DNA from: Candidatus Krumholzibacteriia bacterium
GTDB lineage: Bacteria; Krumholzibacteriota; Krumholzibacteriia; LZORAL124-64-63
Assembly (NCBI GenBank): GCA_046484865.1
Contig: JAWOID010000123.1
Coordinates: 1 to 61,483, forward strand
Length of the DNA stretch: 61,483 bases
Direction of reading: 5' to 3'
Position numbers and translations under genes: made by a program. Below the pieces are notes generated by a model, which was not told the DNA's origin, did not search any database, and saw only the letters and a list, made by a program, of their open reading frames with translations. Positions 18,208 to 27,693 of the stretch are shown one piece after another (positions within the stretch are counted from its first letter, which is position 1; every line of letters starts with the position of its first letter).

Positions 18208-19401
18208 ATGCACCCGATCGCCTGTTCGCACCCGCTCGCCAAGCTTGCGACGTTCCTTCGCACCTCCGCTCTCCTCGTGCCGCTGGCGGCGGTGCTGATG
18301 GCGGCACCGGCACCCGCACGGGGTGCGGCAGCCGACCCGGCCGGAACGCGACTCGCCGGCCGCGAGATCTACGCCGCGGCCTGCGCCGCCTGCCACGGGA
18401 TGGACGGAACCGGGGCGCCTCCGAGCACGCTGGCGTTCGACACCCCCATGCCCGACTTCACCGACTGCAGCTTCGCGAGCCGCGAGCCGGACGCCGACTG
18501 GGTGGCCGTCACCCACCAGGGTGGGCCGGCGCGCGGGTTCGCACCGATGATGCCCGCCTTCGGCGACACTCTCGACGTGGATCAGATCCAGCGCGCCGTC
18601 GACCACGTGCGCGGCTTCTGCGGCGACGACGCCTGGCCGCGCGGCGATCTGAACCTGCCGCGGGCCATGTTCACCGAGAAGGCCTTCCCCGAGGACGAGG
18701 CCGTGCTCACGGTGGGGGCCACCGTGGAGGGGCGCACCGAGATCCCGGTCGAGCTGCTGTACGGGAAGCGTCTCGGGGTCCGCAACCAACTCGAGGTGGC
18801 GGTGCCGTTCACGCTGCGCGAGCGCCTGGATCCGGCCTCGGCCGACGGATCCGCCACCGACGGCTGGGAGGCGGGCCTGGGCGACGTGGCCCTGGGCCTC
18901 AAGCGGGTGATGTGGCACAGCCTCGCCGCCGGCAGCATCGTCACCGCCACCGCGGAGTTCGTCCTGCCCACTGGCGACGAGGACGACGGCTTCGGGTCGG
19001 GAACCACCGTCTTCGAGCCGTTCCTCACCTATGGTCAGATCCTGCCCGCGGACCTCGGCTTCCTGCAATTCCAGGGCGGGGCCGAGCTGCCCTTCGATCG
19101 CGACCGGACCGGCGAGGAGGGCTTCTGGCGCGGGGTCTGGGGCCGCACGTTCGAGCAGGCCCACTGGGGCCGCGCCTGGAGCCCCATGGTGGAGCTGCTC
19201 GGCTCCCGCGAATTGGTGTCGGGAGCGGACGTGCAGTGGGACCTGGCTCCCCAGGTGCAGGTCTCCCTGAACACCCGGCAGCATGTCCTGGGCAACCTCG
19301 CCGTCCGCCTGCCGCTCACCGACGCGGCGGATCGTCCGACGGAGATCTACCTGTACATCCTGTGGGACTGGTTCGACGGCGGTCTGACCGAGGGATGGTG
19401 A
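18208..19401 (+). CDS. Monoheme cytochrome c fused to a C-terminal outer-membrane beta-barrel-like domain
   Basis: Signal peptide; CAACH + distal MMPAFG; C-terminal alternating beta-strands with GLGDVALGLK and LPTGDEDDGFGSG typical of MetA-pathway/transporter barrels. Confidence 0.7.
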   Translation: MHPIACSHPLAKLATFLRTSALLVPLAAVLMAAPAPARGAAADPAGTRLAGREIYAAACAACHGMDGTGAPPSTLAFDTPMPDFTDCSFASREPDADWVAVTHQGGPARGFAPMMPAFGDTLDVDQIQRAVDHVRGFCGDDAWPRGDLNLPRAMFTEKAFPEDEAVLTVGATVEGRTEIPVELLYGKRLGVRNQLEVAVPFTLRERLDPASADGSATDGWEAGLGDVALGLKRVMWHSLAAGSIVTATAEFVLPTGDEDDGFGSGTTVFEPFLTYGQILPADLGFLQFQGGAELPFDRDRTGEEGFWRGVWGRTFEQAHWGRAWSPMVELLGSRELVSGADVQWDLAPQVQVSLNTRQHVLGNLAVRLPLTDAADRPTEIYLYILWDWFDGGLTEGW

Positions 19402-19426
19402 CGCCGGTCACGGGAAGGAGAACAGC

Positions 19427-21124
19427 ATGTGCCGCACGGTGAATCCCTTCGCGCTGGTCGTCGCCGCGGGTTTCGTCGCCCTCGTCGCGTCCGTCGCGTC
19501 CGTCGCGTCCGCCGCGCCGGCGGCGCCGGCGAACTCGGCGGCGGCCGCGGCGCCGGTGCCGGAACTCTTCGTCTCCGCCGACCAGTGCCAGGCCTGCCAC
19601 AACGGCCTGGTCGCCAGCGACGGCGGCGACGTCTCCATCGGTTTCGACTGGCGTTCCAGCATCATGGCTCATTCCGCGCGCGACCCCTACTGGCAGGCGG
19701 CGGTCCGGCGCGAGGTGATGGATCATCCCGCCGCCCAGGCGGCGATCGAGGACGAGTGCGCCATCTGCCACCTGCCGATGGCGCGGTTCGAGGCACACGC
19801 TCAGGGGCAGACGGGCGAGATCTTCGCGCATCTACCGCCTGCGCAGCCCGGAGCAGCGGCAGCCGCGGGCGACCCGCGGACGAACCGGCTGGCGCTGGAC
19901 GGCGTCTCCTGCAGCGCGTGTCACCAGATCCAGGCTGCGGGGCTGGGCACCGAGGAGAGCTTTACCGGCGGCTTCGTGGTGGCCACCGAACGCCCGCTCT
20001 GGTCGCGGCGACCGGCGTTCGGACCTCACGACGTGGACGCCGGCCGCACGCGCGTGATGCACTCGGCCACGGGGCTGGAGCCGGTGCGCGGCGACCACAT
20101 CCAGGATCCGGAACTCTGTGCCACCTGCCACACGCTCTACACGCACGCGCTCGGACCGGACGGTGAAGTCGTGGGAACGCTGCCCGAGCAGGTGCCGTAC
20201 CTCGAGTGGCGGCACAGCGACTTCGCGGAATCGCGCAGCTGCCAGTCGTGCCACATGCCCGCTCTCGCCGGTCTGCAGGCGCCGACCTCGGTCCTGCCCC
20301 AGCCGCGCGAGGAATTCTCGCCGCACGTGTTCCGCGGCGGCAACTTCTTCGTGCTCTCGATGCTGAACCGGTATCGCGACGAGCTGGCCGTCGCCGCACT
20401 GCCGCAGGAACTGGCCCGCACGCGCGCGAGCACGATGGAGTTCCTGCGCACCGAAGCCGCCACGCTGGCGGTGGACAGCGCGGGCGTTGCGGACGGCCAC
20501 CTGACCGCACGGCTGCAGGTGGAGAACCTGGCGGGCCACAAGCTGCCCACCGCTTACCCGTCCCGCCGGGTCTGGCTGCACGTGACCGTGCGCGACGGCC
20601 GCGGGGCCGTGTTCTTCGAGTCGGGGGCGCTGGAGCCGTCGGGGCTGATCGTCGGGAACGACAACGACCGTGACCCGGACAGCTACGAGCACCACCACCG
20701 GACCATCACCGATCCCGAGCAGGTGCAGATCTACGAATCCATCATGATGACGCGCGACGGCCGGGTCACCACCGGGCTGCTGTCGGCCGTCGGCTACGTG
20801 AAGGACAACCGCATCGTTCCCGAGGGGTTCGACAAGACGACCGCCGGCGAGGATATCGCGGTGCAGGGCGCCGCGCGCGACGACGGCGACTTCGTCGGCG
20901 GCCTCGACCGGGTGCGCTACCGGGTGGAGGTGGGCGACCGGCGCGGTCCCTTCACGCTCACGGCGACCCTGTGGTACCAGCCCATCTCCTTCCGCTGGGC
21001 CATGAACCAGGAGCCCTACGACGCGCCGGAGACCCGGCGGTTCACGCGTATGTACCGGAGCATGTCCGAGAGCTCCGCGATCGTGCTGGCCAGGACCAGC
21101 GCCCGGGTGGCGACGTCGGATTGA
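19427..21124 (+). CDS. Secreted pentaheme c-type cytochrome (c554-like domain) with C-terminal beta-rich domain
   Basis: Five CxxCH motifs (CQACH, CAICH, CSACH, CATCH, CQSCH); WRSSIMAHSARDP; GHKLPT; signal peptide. Confidence 0.85.
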   Translation: MCRTVNPFALVVAAGFVALVASVASVASAAPAAPANSAAAAAPVPELFVSADQCQACHNGLVASDGGDVSIGFDWRSSIMAHSARDPYWQAAVRREVMDHPAAQAAIEDECAICHLPMARFEAHAQGQTGEIFAHLPPAQPGAAAAAGDPRTNRLALDGVSCSACHQIQAAGLGTEESFTGGFVVATERPLWSRRPAFGPHDVDAGRTRVMHSATGLEPVRGDHIQDPELCATCHTLYTHALGPDGEVVGTLPEQVPYLEWRHSDFAESRSCQSCHMPALAGLQAPTSVLPQPREEFSPHVFRGGNFFVLSMLNRYRDELAVAALPQELARTRASTMEFLRTEAATLAVDSAGVADGHLTARLQVENLAGHKLPTAYPSRRVWLHVTVRDGRGAVFFESGALEPSGLIVGNDNDRDPDSYEHHHRTITDPEQVQIYESIMMTRDGRVTTGLLSAVGYVKDNRIVPEGFDKTTAGEDIAVQGAARDDGDFVGGLDRVRYRVEVGDRRGPFTLTATLWYQPISFRWAMNQEPYDAPETRRFTRMYRSMSESSAIVLARTSARVATSD

Positions 21125-21208
21125 AATGTCGCGGATGGCGTCGACGGGGTGAGTTGCGGGGACCGGCACGCTGCGGTGCCGCCGCCGGCGGGGCGGCCGC
21201 CGCCGGCG

Positions 21209-22342
21209 TCAGCCGCGACCCCGCCGCCGGGCGATCAAGCTCCCGTAGAGCTCCTCGAGACGTCGTTCATAGCCTTCCTGCGTGAAGTGCTCCAGCACCC
21301 GCCGCCGCGCCGCCGCACCCAGCTCGCGGCGCAGCCCCGGATTCTCCACCAGGCGCTGCACGGCGGCGGTGAGTGCCGCAGCGTCGCGAGGCGGCACCAT
21401 GAAGCCCGTCTCGCCCTGCACGACGATGTCGACGACGCCGTCGCAATCGCTCGAGACCGCGGGCAGGCCGGCGGCCATGGCCTCGACCAGGGCCATGCCG
21501 AACGCCTCGGCATGGGAGGGGAAGGCGAAGACGTCCATGGCGTTCAGCAGGTCGGGAACGTCGTCGCGGAACCCCGTCAGGATCACGCGGTCCTGCAGGC
21601 CGTGCTCGGCGATGCTCGCGAGAATGGCCTGCCCCTCCAGTTCCTCGCCGCGGGTGGGCTCGCCCACGACGACGAAGCGCACGGGCAGCCCGTCCGCCAC
21701 GAGCCGCCGGGCCATGGCCAGGAACTCGGGGTGGCCCTTTGCCGGGGTCACCCGCCCCACGATGCCGACCAGCACCTCGTCGTCCTGCACGCCCAGCTCG
21801 CGACGCACCCGCGCGCGCACCGAGGGCACGGGCGTGAACCGGTCCGGATCCACGCCGTGGTGCAGCATCGACACGCGCTCCGCACCGACCGGGTGCATGG
21901 CGACGAAGTTGCGCCGGATGACATCGCTGATCGCGATCGTGTGATCCACCCGCCGGTACAGCCAGACGTGCACGGGCAGTCGCTTGGGTCGGATCACGCC
22001 GACGTGCTTCTGCAGGACGAGCGGCACGCGCGGCGCTCTCGCCAGCGCGGGCACCGCCGAGAAGAGGTCGTGGGACCAGTCGCAGTGCACCAGGTGCACT
22101 CCGCGCGCGAGGATCAGGTTGCCCAGCCGCCAGGCCAGGCGTGGATGGAACTTGCCCCGCAGGTCGAAGGGCAGGGCCTGGAAGTCGCGGGCGGCCAGTC
22201 GCTCGGCGATCGGAGAGTCCGGCGCGCATACCGGAACCACCTCGTGACCCCGCCCGCGCAGACGTTCGCAGGAGGTGGCCATGCTCATCTCCATGCCACC
22301 CCAGGCGCGACTGGTGCAGAGCTTGAGGATCGTCCAGGCCAT
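21209..22342 (-). CDS. Glycosyltransferase family 4 (GT-B)
   Basis: WGGME, VGRVTPAKGH, EAFGMALVEAMAAGLPAV. Confidence 0.9.
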   Translation of the reverse strand: MAWTILKLCTSRAWGGMEMSMATSCERLRGRGHEVVPVCAPDSPIAERLAARDFQALPFDLRGKFHPRLAWRLGNLILARGVHLVHCDWSHDLFSAVPALARAPRVPLVLQKHVGVIRPKRLPVHVWLYRRVDHTIAISDVIRRNFVAMHPVGAERVSMLHHGVDPDRFTPVPSVRARVRRELGVQDDEVLVGIVGRVTPAKGHPEFLAMARRLVADGLPVRFVVVGEPTRGEELEGQAILASIAEHGLQDRVILTGFRDDVPDLLNAMDVFAFPSHAEAFGMALVEAMAAGLPAVSSDCDGVVDIVVQGETGFMVPPRDAAALTAAVQRLVENPGLRRELGAAARRRVLEHFTQEGYERRLEELYGSLIARRRGRG

Positions 22343-22412
22343 GACCGTGATTCATAGGACGGTTGCCGCCGCCTGGCCACCGAAACTTCGGCGCCCGGCG
22401 CCCGCGCGGGTC

Positions 22413-22475
22413 GGGCGAGGGGCTGGCCGGGCGAGGGGCTGGCCGGGCGAGGGGCTGGCCCGGCGAGGGGCTGGC
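22413..22475. repeat. Intergenic 16-bp tandem repeat GGGCGAGGGGCTGGCC (about 4 copies)
   Basis: Units at 22413, 22429, 22445 and 22461 (last degenerate). Confidence 0.9.
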
Positions 22476-22572
22476 GGCGACGGTGCCGCTGCGCTAGGCT
22501 TCATCTTCAGGGTCATCGGACCTCGAGCCGGAGCGTCCACCGGAGCGCCCCCCGTCAGCGAGAGGTGGTGTC

Positions 22573-23394
22573 ATGCCCGAGTCGACCGAGCATCCGCCGG
22601 GCACGTTCTGCTGGGTGGAGTTGATGACGTCCGACGCCGAGGCGGCCAAGCGCTTCTACGGTGAGCTGTTCGGCTGGGACGCCCAGGACGACCCCGTCGC
22701 CGAGGACACCCTGTACACGATGCTGCTGAAGGACGGCCGGAACGTGGCCGCCCTCTACCAGCGCACCGCCCAGCAGGCTAAGATGGGCATTCCCTCGAGC
22801 TGGTCGAGCTACGTCAGCGTTTCCAGCGCCGGCGAGGTGGTGGACCGCGCCCGTCAGCACGGCGGGCAGGTGATCCTCGAGCCGATGGATGTGTTCGACC
22901 TGGGTCGCATGGCTGTGATCCAGGACCCGGCCGGCGCCACCGTCTGCGCCTGGGAACCGCTCCGGACCGCCGGCGCCCACCTGAAGGGCGAGATCGCCAC
23001 CCTCTGCTGGAACGAGCTGATGACGCCCGACCCCGAGGCGGCCGGCGTCTTCCTGTCGGCGGTCTTCGGGTGGCAGCGCCATACGGCCGAGCTGGGCGGC
23101 ATGCCCTACACCACGTTCGAGGCGGCCGGCCAGCCGGCCGCAGGCATGGTGCAGATCCAGAAGGACTGGGGCCGGGTGCCGCCGCACTGGCTGGTCTACT
23201 TCGCCGTGGCCGACTGCGACGCTGCGGTGGAGCGCGCGGAGAACCTGGGCGGCGAGTTGACGGCCGGCCCCTACGACGCGCCCGGCGTGGGGCGCTTCGC
23301 CATCCTGCGCGATCCGCAGGGAGCGGCATTCGCGGTCATTCGCCTGCAGGGGGAGGCGCGACGGCGAGGCGGCGCCGGAGAGCGCGCTGGCTGA
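22573..23394 (+). CDS. VOC/glyoxalase family protein (two-domain, CFP32-like)
   Basis: Two repeats of CWxELMT.D...F...FGW and GR.A...DPxGA. Confidence 0.9.
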   Translation: MPESTEHPPGTFCWVELMTSDAEAAKRFYGELFGWDAQDDPVAEDTLYTMLLKDGRNVAALYQRTAQQAKMGIPSSWSSYVSVSSAGEVVDRARQHGGQVILEPMDVFDLGRMAVIQDPAGATVCAWEPLRTAGAHLKGEIATLCWNELMTPDPEAAGVFLSAVFGWQRHTAELGGMPYTTFEAAGQPAAGMVQIQKDWGRVPPHWLVYFAVADCDAAVERAENLGGELTAGPYDAPGVGRFAILRDPQGAAFAVIRLQGEARRRGGAGERAG

Positions 23395-23522
23395 TCGCGG
23401 ATTTCGTGCGCAGCTTGTCGCTGGTCGACCTTCGAGCAGACCGGCGCGCACGACTCCACGTGGAGGCGGCTCTCGACCGCCGCCTGCGTGTCGTGCGGGC
23501 GCGAGCCAAGGAGCCGCAGCGC

Positions 23523-24539
23523 ATGACAGGATCCGACCGCCCCCGCATCGACGCCCTGATGACCGGCTACCAGGACTCCGCCATCCTCCTCACCGCCGGG
23601 GCGCTGGGCGTGCTCGCCGCGCTCGGCGATCCGCAGCGGCCGGGGCATCCCGGTCCCGGACGCACGGCCGTGGAACTGGCCCGCGCCCGCCAGCTCGATC
23701 CGCGCGCGCTGGAGGTGCTGCTGCTGGCGCTGGTGCCCGCCGGCGTCCTGGAGCGCGGTGACGACGGACGGTTCCGCTTGCGCGAGGACGTGGCGCCGCT
23801 GGTGCTGCCCGATGGCGAGGGCTCGATGGCCGCCATCCTCGAGCACAACTTCCACCTGATGAAGCGCTGGGCCCACCTCGACAGCGTCGTTCGGACCGGC
23901 GAACCGGTGCCCCGGGAGGAGGGGAAGCGGCCGCCCGAGGAACTGCGGGCCTTCATTCTCGGCATGAAGGACATCTCGATCCGATCGAGTGCCGAGGTGG
24001 CGGACGTGGTGGACCTCTCCGGCGGCCTGCGCCTGCTCGACGTCGGTGGCGGCCCGGGCACGGCGTCGATCACCTTCGCCCGGCGCTTTCCGGACCTGCA
24101 CTGCGTCGTCTTCGATCTCCCCGAGGTGGTGCCCATCGCCCGCGACGAGATCGCCGCGGCGGGCCTCGAGCACCGGATCGACGTCGTCGCGGGCGACTTC
24201 CACACCGATCGGCTCGGCCACGGTTTCGACGTGGTCTACCTCTCCAACATCATCCACAGCCTGTCGCCGGCGGAGACCGGCAAGCTGTTCGCGCACGCCG
24301 CCCACGCCCTGAACGACGGCGGCCGCATCGTGGTGAAGGATTTCTTCCTCGACGATTCGCGGACCGAGCCGGCCCAGGCTGCGCGCTTCGCGGTGAACAT
24401 GCTCGTGGGCACCCGCGAGGGGAAGAGCTACACGTGGACCGAGACCCGCATGGTGCTGGAAGCGGTGGGGTTCGGCGACCTCGCCGAGCACCGTGTCGCA
24501 CGGGCCAGCGGACTGCTGGTCGGGCGCAAGACGGGCTAA
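23523..24539 (+). CDS. O-methyltransferase family 2 (dimerisation + SAM domain)
   Basis: LLDVGGGPG, VFDLP, AGDF, LSNIIH; ATG 23523 after AAGGAG. Confidence 0.85.
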   Translation: MTGSDRPRIDALMTGYQDSAILLTAGALGVLAALGDPQRPGHPGPGRTAVELARARQLDPRALEVLLLALVPAGVLERGDDGRFRLREDVAPLVLPDGEGSMAAILEHNFHLMKRWAHLDSVVRTGEPVPREEGKRPPEELRAFILGMKDISIRSSAEVADVVDLSGGLRLLDVGGGPGTASITFARRFPDLHCVVFDLPEVVPIARDEIAAAGLEHRIDVVAGDFHTDRLGHGFDVVYLSNIIHSLSPAETGKLFAHAAHALNDGGRIVVKDFFLDDSRTEPAQAARFAVNMLVGTREGKSYTWTETRMVLEAVGFGDLAEHRVARASGLLVGRKTG

Positions 24540-24593
24540 CCCCAGCCGCAGCAGGCCGCTCATGAATCATCCGGGCAAGGGAGGAGGGAAGCG

Positions 24594-24896
24594 ATGCCGA
24601 TCTTCGTGCTGATGACCAAGCTCACGCCCAGCGAGATCAACGACGCCGCCGACCGCCGGCGCCGCGGCGAGGCCTTCATGCAGCAGGTGCATGCCAAGGC
24701 GCCCGGAGTGAAGTGGCTGGCGCACTACGCGCTGCTGGGACGCTACGATTTCATGGACATCTACGAGGCGCCCGACGAGACCGCAGCCCTGAAGGTGAGC
24801 CTGATCTCGCGACGCCAGGGCGCCGCCACCGCGGAGAGCTGGCTGGCCACGCCCTACGAACATCACCTGAAGCTGCTCGAGGAACTGGACCGGTGA
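24594..24896 (+). CDS. GYD domain-containing protein
   Basis: LLGRYDFMDIYEAPDE motif, 100 aa, strong SD GGAGG. Confidence 0.85.
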   Translation: MPIFVLMTKLTPSEINDAADRRRRGEAFMQQVHAKAPGVKWLAHYALLGRYDFMDIYEAPDETAALKVSLISRRQGAATAESWLATPYEHHLKLLEELDR

Positions 24897-25016
24897 TGCG
24901 ACCGGCCGCCCGGCCGACGGCAGGAACGGTCTCCTGAAGGACCGGGGCGGTGCACGCGCCACCGCCCCGGCATCATCGCTCATCGTTCCGCGCTCGCGTC
25001 CGCTGCGAACGTCGGG

Positions 25017-25631
25017 CTAGCGGAACATCGCCTTCACGCCACCCCAGGTCTGCTCCTCGGCGGACACCGGGCACTCGCCGGGAACCTGGACGTACGCGTG
25101 GTCCGGAATGTCGATGTGCAGATCGTCGATCCAGACCTCGGCACCCGGGTCGCCGTAGGTCCGGGCCTCCACGATCAGGCCGGTGTGGCCGCTGGACACG
25201 GTCCAGCTGAACTCGACGTAGTCCCAGCCCTCGCCCGGGCCGTAATCGTAATTGCCGCTCGCGCTGCCGTTGTAGCCGTTGATGTCGCCGGGCAGCGAGT
25301 CGTTCCAGTGGCCCCAGATGCGCGCGGAGGGATAGGCGGCGGGCGTCGTGTCGTAGCGCCAGAAACCGGCCGTCACCACGTCACCGTCCACCAGGTTCCA
25401 GACGGCCGCCACGTAGGCCTGCGGGGTGCCCGCGTCCTGATCCACCAGCTTCAGCGAGTAGCAGCCGGCATGGACCGGGTCGGTCGTGAAACAGACGTTG
25501 TAGGCTTCGATGTTGCCGTACTGCCCCAGGATCGTGCCGCCATCTTCCCAGCCGTAGTCGAAGACGGTCCGGGCTGCGGCGGGGACGGCGAGCAGACACA
25601 GTGCGAGAGCGAGCATGAGCAGTCTGCGCAT
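25017..25631 (-). CDS. Secreted beta-sandwich (CBM-like) protein with C-terminal TWGGVKAMFR motif
   Basis: Signal peptide MRRLLMLALALCLLAVPAAA; YGWEDG...VHAG.YSLKL...VWIDDL is a CBM4/9-like pattern. Confidence 0.7.
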   Translation of the reverse strand: MRRLLMLALALCLLAVPAAARTVFDYGWEDGGTILGQYGNIEAYNVCFTTDPVHAGCYSLKLVDQDAGTPQAYVAAVWNLVDGDVVTAGFWRYDTTPAAYPSARIWGHWNDSLPGDINGYNGSASGNYDYGPGEGWDYVEFSWTVSSGHTGLIVEARTYGDPGAEVWIDDLHIDIPDHAYVQVPGECPVSAEEQTWGGVKAMFR

Positions 25632-25922
25632 GGGAGGTTCCTTTCGTAAAAAATACTTCGCAAACAGCCGCCGAAACCGGCGACCGGGATCTGAAACGAC
25701 CCCATTCCTGATCCGGGGAACGCCCGGCGATAACCCGGGGCCGAAACCTGTTGGCAGCCTAACAGATTTTTCGGAACAGGACAAGTCACTTGATCTATGG
25801 AAGGACCTCTCGTCAGGCGTAATCCTACCTTTTGGCTATAATATGGGCCTTGACGTGCCAAACGACCTGTAGCACTTATGTTACTCAAATAACATGTCGA
25901 GGCGTCGCGGGAGTCGGGGAGG

Positions 25923-26558
25923 TCAGGGCATCGGCGCCACCGCGAAGATCACGGCGCTCCACAGGGAATGCGAGATGATCACGGGCGCCAGGCGCCCCCA
26001 GCGCCAGTAGAGCCAGCCCCAGAAGAGTCCCGCGACGGCGGCTGCCCCCACGAGCATCAGATTCAGCGACCACAGGTGCACGCCGGCGTAGATGGCCGAG
26101 GCGATCAGCCATCCGGACCGTGCCCCGTACCGCTCCATGAGACGCCCCTGCAGGAAGCCGCGCCAGAAGATCTCCTCGGCCGGTCCGGTGACCAGCAGCA
26201 GGAGCAGGAAGATCGCCGCCGGCGGGAAGCTGCCGCCCCGGGCGTAGATGGCGCCGATCTGCTCGGAAGCGAACGGCAGGATGATCGTGGCCGCCGCGCG
26301 GCCCAGCCAGAAGATCCCGTACAGCGCCGCCGCCGCCACCACGCCCTCGATCCAGGCCCGGCGGCCGAAGATGAGCTGCTCGCGCAGCGAAGGCCGCAGC
26401 AGCAGCGAGAGACCGGCCAGCGCAGCCGCCGCCACCGAGATCTTGATCCAGAAGATCGACCACGGCAGGGCGAAGGTCACGTACCAGAAGACCACCGCGA
26501 GTCCGACCAGCGTCCACACCAGCGGCATGGCGACCGGATTTCGGCCCCGCGCGCTCAT
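25923..26558 (-). CDS. CPBP/CAAX (Abi) family intramembrane metalloprotease
   Basis: EEIFWRG, YAGVH, SHSLWS motifs; ATGA overlap with the menA stop. Confidence 0.85.
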   Translation of the reverse strand: MSARGRNPVAMPLVWTLVGLAVVFWYVTFALPWSIFWIKISVAAAALAGLSLLLRPSLREQLIFGRRAWIEGVVAAAALYGIFWLGRAAATIILPFASEQIGAIYARGGSFPPAAIFLLLLLVTGPAEEIFWRGFLQGRLMERYGARSGWLIASAIYAGVHLWSLNLMLVGAAAVAGLFWGWLYWRWGRLAPVIISHSLWSAVIFAVAPMP

Positions 26559-27448
26559 CCGATCAGCCCGGCGAGCACGAGCGAGAGCACCAGCAGCACG
26601 CCGAAGGCCGTGTCCAGCTGGGCGGTGCGAGCGTCGGCGTCGGCCGGCACCTGCCTGGTCATCTGCCGCAACAACCTGGCCGCGAGGGGCAGGCTGAGCA
26701 GGATCAGCAGCACCCAGGCGGGCAGCACCCCGAAGAGCGCCATCGCCACGATGCCCAGGTACGCCAGCACCATCAGGCCGAGGTACGCGTGCAGGCCGCG
26801 ACGGCGTCCCAGCAGGATCGCGATGGTCTTCACCGGCCGGGTGCTGTCGTGCTCGATGTCCCGGATGTTGTTCGCAAGCAAGACCAGCGCCACCAGCACG
26901 CCGAACGGGAGCGACACCCACAGCGCCTGCCAGCTGAACGCCTGCCGCTGCACGTAGTAGGCGCCCTCCACCATCAGCGGCCCCCACATCAGGAAGACCG
27001 AGAACTCGCCCAGCGCCACGTACTTGTACTGCAGGGGCGGCGCCGTGTAGAGCAGCCCGGCGAGCACACCGACGAGACCGATCCAGAGGATCGGCCAACC
27101 GCGCGCCGCCACCAGGATCAGCCCGATCACGGTGGCCACGCCGAATAACGCCAGCGCGACCGCGCGCACCTGCCGGGCCGGGATGAGGCCCTCCACCATC
27201 GGGTGAGGCCGGTACTGCGCTGTGGCGGCCGCCTTGGTGTCCAGGCCCTTCGCCACGTCGTAGTAGTCGTTGATCAGGTTGGTGGCCGCATGCAGCAGCA
27301 CCGCGCCCACGAGGGTCAGGAGGTACCAGCCCCAGTGGAACGAACCGTCGATCGCCGCGAGCGCGGCGCCGACGCTCACCGAGATCGCGGTCATCGCGAA
27401 CGACCACGGGCGACTGGCCAGCAGCCAGTTGCGATACAGGTGCACCAC
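26555..27448 (-). CDS. menA: 1,4-dihydroxy-2-naphthoate polyprenyltransferase (UbiA family)
   Basis: RPWSF, NLINDYYD..KGLD, YTAPP..KY..LGE, NNIRDIEHD motifs. Confidence 0.85.
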   Translation of the reverse strand: MVHLYRNWLLASRPWSFAMTAISVSVGAALAAIDGSFHWGWYLLTLVGAVLLHAATNLINDYYDVAKGLDTKAAATAQYRPHPMVEGLIPARQVRAVALALFGVATVIGLILVAARGWPILWIGLVGVLAGLLYTAPPLQYKYVALGEFSVFLMWGPLMVEGAYYVQRQAFSWQALWVSLPFGVLVALVLLANNIRDIEHDSTRPVKTIAILLGRRRGLHAYLGLMVLAYLGIVAMALFGVLPAWVLLILLSLPLAARLLRQMTRQVPADADARTAQLDTAFGVLLVLSLVLAGLIG

Positions 27449-27693
27449 CAGACCTCCGGACGGGGGACCGGTGCAGGCTACACATGGCGCTGGAGGCTGT
27501 CAACGGACCCGATCAGGCTGCGTTCTCCACCCGTTCCACCCGTTCCACCCGTCGCAAGCCTGCGGTCGCGCTCGTCATCGCCGATCCGGACCGATCCACG
27601 TGGGGCCGCCCGGACGTGACGTGGACCCCCGGTCGGCGAAGTCCGCGAACCTCGCCTAGGTTGGGTTGGAGAACCCAGCGAGGAGAATGAACC

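Noticed and set aside
25859..25886. TTATGTTA resembling the XerD arm of a dif site
   Set aside because: The XerC arm does not match and the XerD arm diverges after 8 nt
25923..26558. Abi/CPBP protein as a phage-defence system
   Set aside because: The CPBP family name is historical; the gene is translationally coupled to menA with no defence-island context
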